A stretch of 64,000 bases of DNA, from positions 2,480,001 through 2,544,000 of the forward strand of contig CATNEN010000011.1 in assembly GCA_950097015.1 (NCBI GenBank), given 5' to 3'. The stretch's first letter is position 1, and every line of letters starts with the position of its first letter. The position numbers and the translations under genes were made by a program. A model generated the notes under the pieces. It had not been told where the DNA came from and made no database searches. It was given only the letters and a program-made list of their open reading frames with translations. Shown piece by piece: positions 60,955 to 64,000 of the stretch. The stretch comes from Macrostomum hystrix (lineage: Eukaryota > Animalia > Platyhelminthes).

Positions 60955-63776
60955 ATGTCGCACGATGCGGCAGCCTCTGTTGATGTGTTCAGCATTCTGT
61001 CAAACGATTTGCCGCAGTTTAGCCAGTCTGTGTTGCAGCAGTTCTATCAGCGTTGCTCGGACCAGATTCTGGCTTATCAGCATCCAATCACTGGCCTGTT
61101 TCCATTGTACCCGGACTCCGATCCACCCTGCTACGCTGGTCACGTGCGGGATAACATCTACATAGCCACCAGTGTGTGGGCTCTGGCTCAGGTCTATAGG
61201 AAAACTGATCAGGACAGTGGCAGATGCTGGGAGCTGCGTCAGCGAGCGCTGAAATGCATGCGCTCGATAATGACCTTCTGGATGACCCAGACAAGCCGGC
61301 TGGAGGCGTTCAAAGATCAGCAGAGTCCCAGGCACTGTCTGCTGACAGTCTTCGATTATCGAACTGGCGCCGAACTAAATGACACCGCCTTCAAAGGCTA
61401 TCAGCATCATCAGCTGGATGCTGTGGCACTGTTTGTGCTCATGAGCATTCAGATGATTAGCTCTGGACTGGAGATTATTCACACCAAAACTGAGGTTTGT
61501 GGGGCTGGTGTTGCCTCTGGATTATTCGCGTTTGAGGCATGGTAGATGAGGATTTATGGGATTATTGTTAATGATTCATAGAATCATAGTTATGGATTCC
61601 TAGAAAAATATATGAGGATTCCACAAAAAATAGATGAGGATACCTATAATCAAAGATAAATTTTCCTAGAATCAAAGTTATCGATTCCTAGAATCACAGA
61701 TGAATATTCCTAGAATCAAAGATAAAGTTTCTTAGAATCATTGTTATCGATTCCTATAATCATAGATAAGGATTCTTAGAATCATAGATAAGGATTCTTA
61801 GAATCATAGATAAGGATTCTTAGAATCATAGATAAGAATTCCTAGAATCAAAGATAAGAATTCCTAGAATCATAGATAAGGATTCTTAGAATCATAGGTA
61901 AGGATTCCTAGAATCATAAATAAGGATAAGGATAAGGATTTCTAGGTCCATGTATCGGGATTTCTAGGTTCATATTTGGGATTTCTAGGTTCATATTCAT
62001 ATTTCTACATTGCTAGCACACCATATTAGACAGTCTTGAACCCTCACCTGACCCTATCGCATTCGCAGGTAAACGTATTCCAGAACCTCATCTTCTACCT
62101 GGAGCGGGCCTACCGCATTCCTGACTTCGGCATGTGGGAGCGCGGCACCAAGCAGAACACCGGCAGCGTGGAGCTGCACGCCAGCTCCGTCGGGTTCGCC
62201 AAAGCCGCCCTGGAAGCCGCCAACAGTTTCAACGTGTTCGGCCAGTCTGGCGATCACACCACCGTCATCCACGTTGACATCGATGCCCACTCTAGGAATC
62301 GAATCATTTTAACAAACCTGCTGCCAAGAGAGAGTGCTACCAAGGGATGCGACAGTTCGCTAATTCCCACCCTGTGCTGGCCAGGTCATGCTACTCACGA
62401 ACCGGTTAGGAGGGCCGCCCTGCAGAATGTATTTAACAGATTCCGTGGAGAATACGGCTTTAAAAGATTCTCCAGAGATGGCTACGGCAGCGCCATGGAG
62501 ACTAGTGGAGTTGGGCCGCACAGGCGAGCCCAGTATTCTCACGGCGAATTGAAGAAATTCGAACAGGTCGAATGCCAATGGCCAATTTTCTACGCCTTTC
62601 TCATCATTGAGCATTGCCTGCAGGGCGATTTCAAAATTGCCGGCGCTTATAAACGAAAACTGGACTCACTGCTGCTAGAGGCAGATTCTGGAGTACCCCT
62701 GTGAGTTGCTGAAGGAATGTAGGAATGAGGAATGTAGAGAATGGGAAGAATGTAGGAATGAATAATGTAGGATAGAGAATGGGAAGAATGTAGGATAGAG
62801 AGTGGGAAGAATGTAGCATAGAGAGTGGGAAGAATGTAGGATAGAGAGTGGGAAGAATGTAGAATAGAGAGTGGGAAGAATGTAGGATAGAGAGTGGGAA
62901 GAATGTAGGATAGAGAGTGGGAAGAATGTAGGATAGAGAATGGGAAGAATTTAGGATAGAGAATGGGAAGAATGTAAGATAGAGAGTAGGAAGAATGTAG
63001 GATAGAGAGTGGGAATAATGTAGGATAGAGAGTGGGAAGAATGTAGGATATAGAATGGGAATAATGTAGGTTAGAGAATGGAAATAATGTAGGATAGAGA
63101 GTGGGAAGAATTTAGGATAGAGAATGGGAATAATGTAAGATAGAGAGTAGGAAGAATGTAGGATAGAGAATGGGAATAATGTAGGATAGAGAGTGGGAAG
63201 AATGTAGGATAGAGAGTGGGAAGAATGTAGGATAGAGAGTGGGAAGAATGTAGGATAGAGAGTGGGAAGAATGTAGGATAGAGAGTGGGAAGAATGTAGG
63301 ATAGGTATATTGAATTGAGGTGGATGGTGCATTACATAAGAAATCATACCGCCACTGCCTGTAGCAGCCAGCCTTGGGACTCAGCATCGCCCCAGCAACA
63401 GCAGCAGCAGCAGCAGCAACGCCGCTGGATGCCGAAGTTCTACTTTGTTCCTCGCGACTATGTTCAAGAGGAGCGTGACAAACCGGGCAGCCAATCGCGT
63501 CGCTCGAATTTCGATTTGGGCGATCCGATATTTCTCTGGGGCGAATCCGTGCTACTCATAGCCGACCTCATGGAGTCCGGTTACCTCATGGCGCACGATT
63601 TGGATCTACTGCGCCGATACAAACCGTTTCACGAACGACCCTTGGATATGTCCAGGCGGGTACCGTTCGTTAACAAGCTGCAGGATCTGGTGGTACAGGT
63701 CGTGCTTATTTCCGAGTCCGTGCGATTGCAACAAATGTTGGCCACGTTTGGAGTGCAAAGTCAGACTCCTACTCAG
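60955..63776 (+). CDS. PHKB: Phosphorylase kinase regulatory subunit beta-like, 5' part; exons 60955-61494, 62069-62700, 63365-63776 (continues beyond window)
   Basis: YQHPITGLFP, MISSGLEII, FQNLIFYLERAYRIPDFGMWERGTK, DIDAHSRNR..L..LLPRES, YGFKRFSRDGY, ECQWP and VQVVLISES.RLQ..LAT.GVQ.QTP are present. MISSGL and PDFG favour the beta over the alpha subunit. Confidence 0.88.
61600..61990. repeat. 22-bp degenerate minisatellite (tagaatcatagataaggattct) in PHKB intron
   Basis: Period of 22 in the core. Confidence 0.82.
62705..63305. repeat. 23-bp minisatellite (gaatgtaggatagagagtgggaa) in PHKB intron
   Basis: Period of 23; starts just after the donor site. Confidence 0.93.
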
Positions 63777-63851
63777 GTCTGTGCTGCTTTGACTTGCATG
63801 TTTGATCCTCTGTTCACTCAGTCCATTCACGCCAGTATTAACTATTCACTC

Positions 63852-64000
63852 TAACATCCCCTATTCACTCCAGCATCCCCTATTCACTCCAACATCCCCT
63901 ATTCACTCCAACATCCCCTATTTACTCCAATATCCCCTATTCACTACAATATCCCCTATTCACTACAATAGTCCCTATTCACTACAATATTCCCTATTCA
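63852..64000. repeat. 19-bp minisatellite (catcccctattcactccaa) in PHKB intron
   Basis: Period of 19; runs off the window end. Confidence 0.88.

Overview
Eukaryotic (animal) genomic DNA. GC-richer exons are separated by AT-rich introns that are often filled with intron-specific minisatellites, about 25 arrays and roughly 30% of the window by rough summation. This architecture and the gene set suggest a free-living flatworm such as Macrostomum (inference, not verified). Genes reconstructed by hand with phase-consistent GT-AG junctions: innexin (5' exon only), an intronless clan-3 cytochrome P450, a CK1-like pseudokinase, DUSP12, LRRC73 (with an antisense orphan ORF nested in its last intron), DPY30, a small secreted PAN/apple-like protein, a class I Rab11-FIP, a neprilysin/M13-like protein lacking HExxH, RPUSD2, a tandem-RING protein and the 5' part of PHKB. 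Mobile DNA comprises a tRNA-derived SINE family (five copies), two foldback/MITE-like elements and a LINE 3' remnant. The most striking element is a structurally complete 602-bp miniature LTR retrotransposon (TRIM): two apparently identical 281-bp LTRs, a 40-bp interior holding only a tRNA-Ser PBS and a PPT, and a 5-bp target-site duplication. The long repetitive ORFs in the six-frame track are satellite artefacts. All homology calls are from recognition of motifs by eye; no database search was run.
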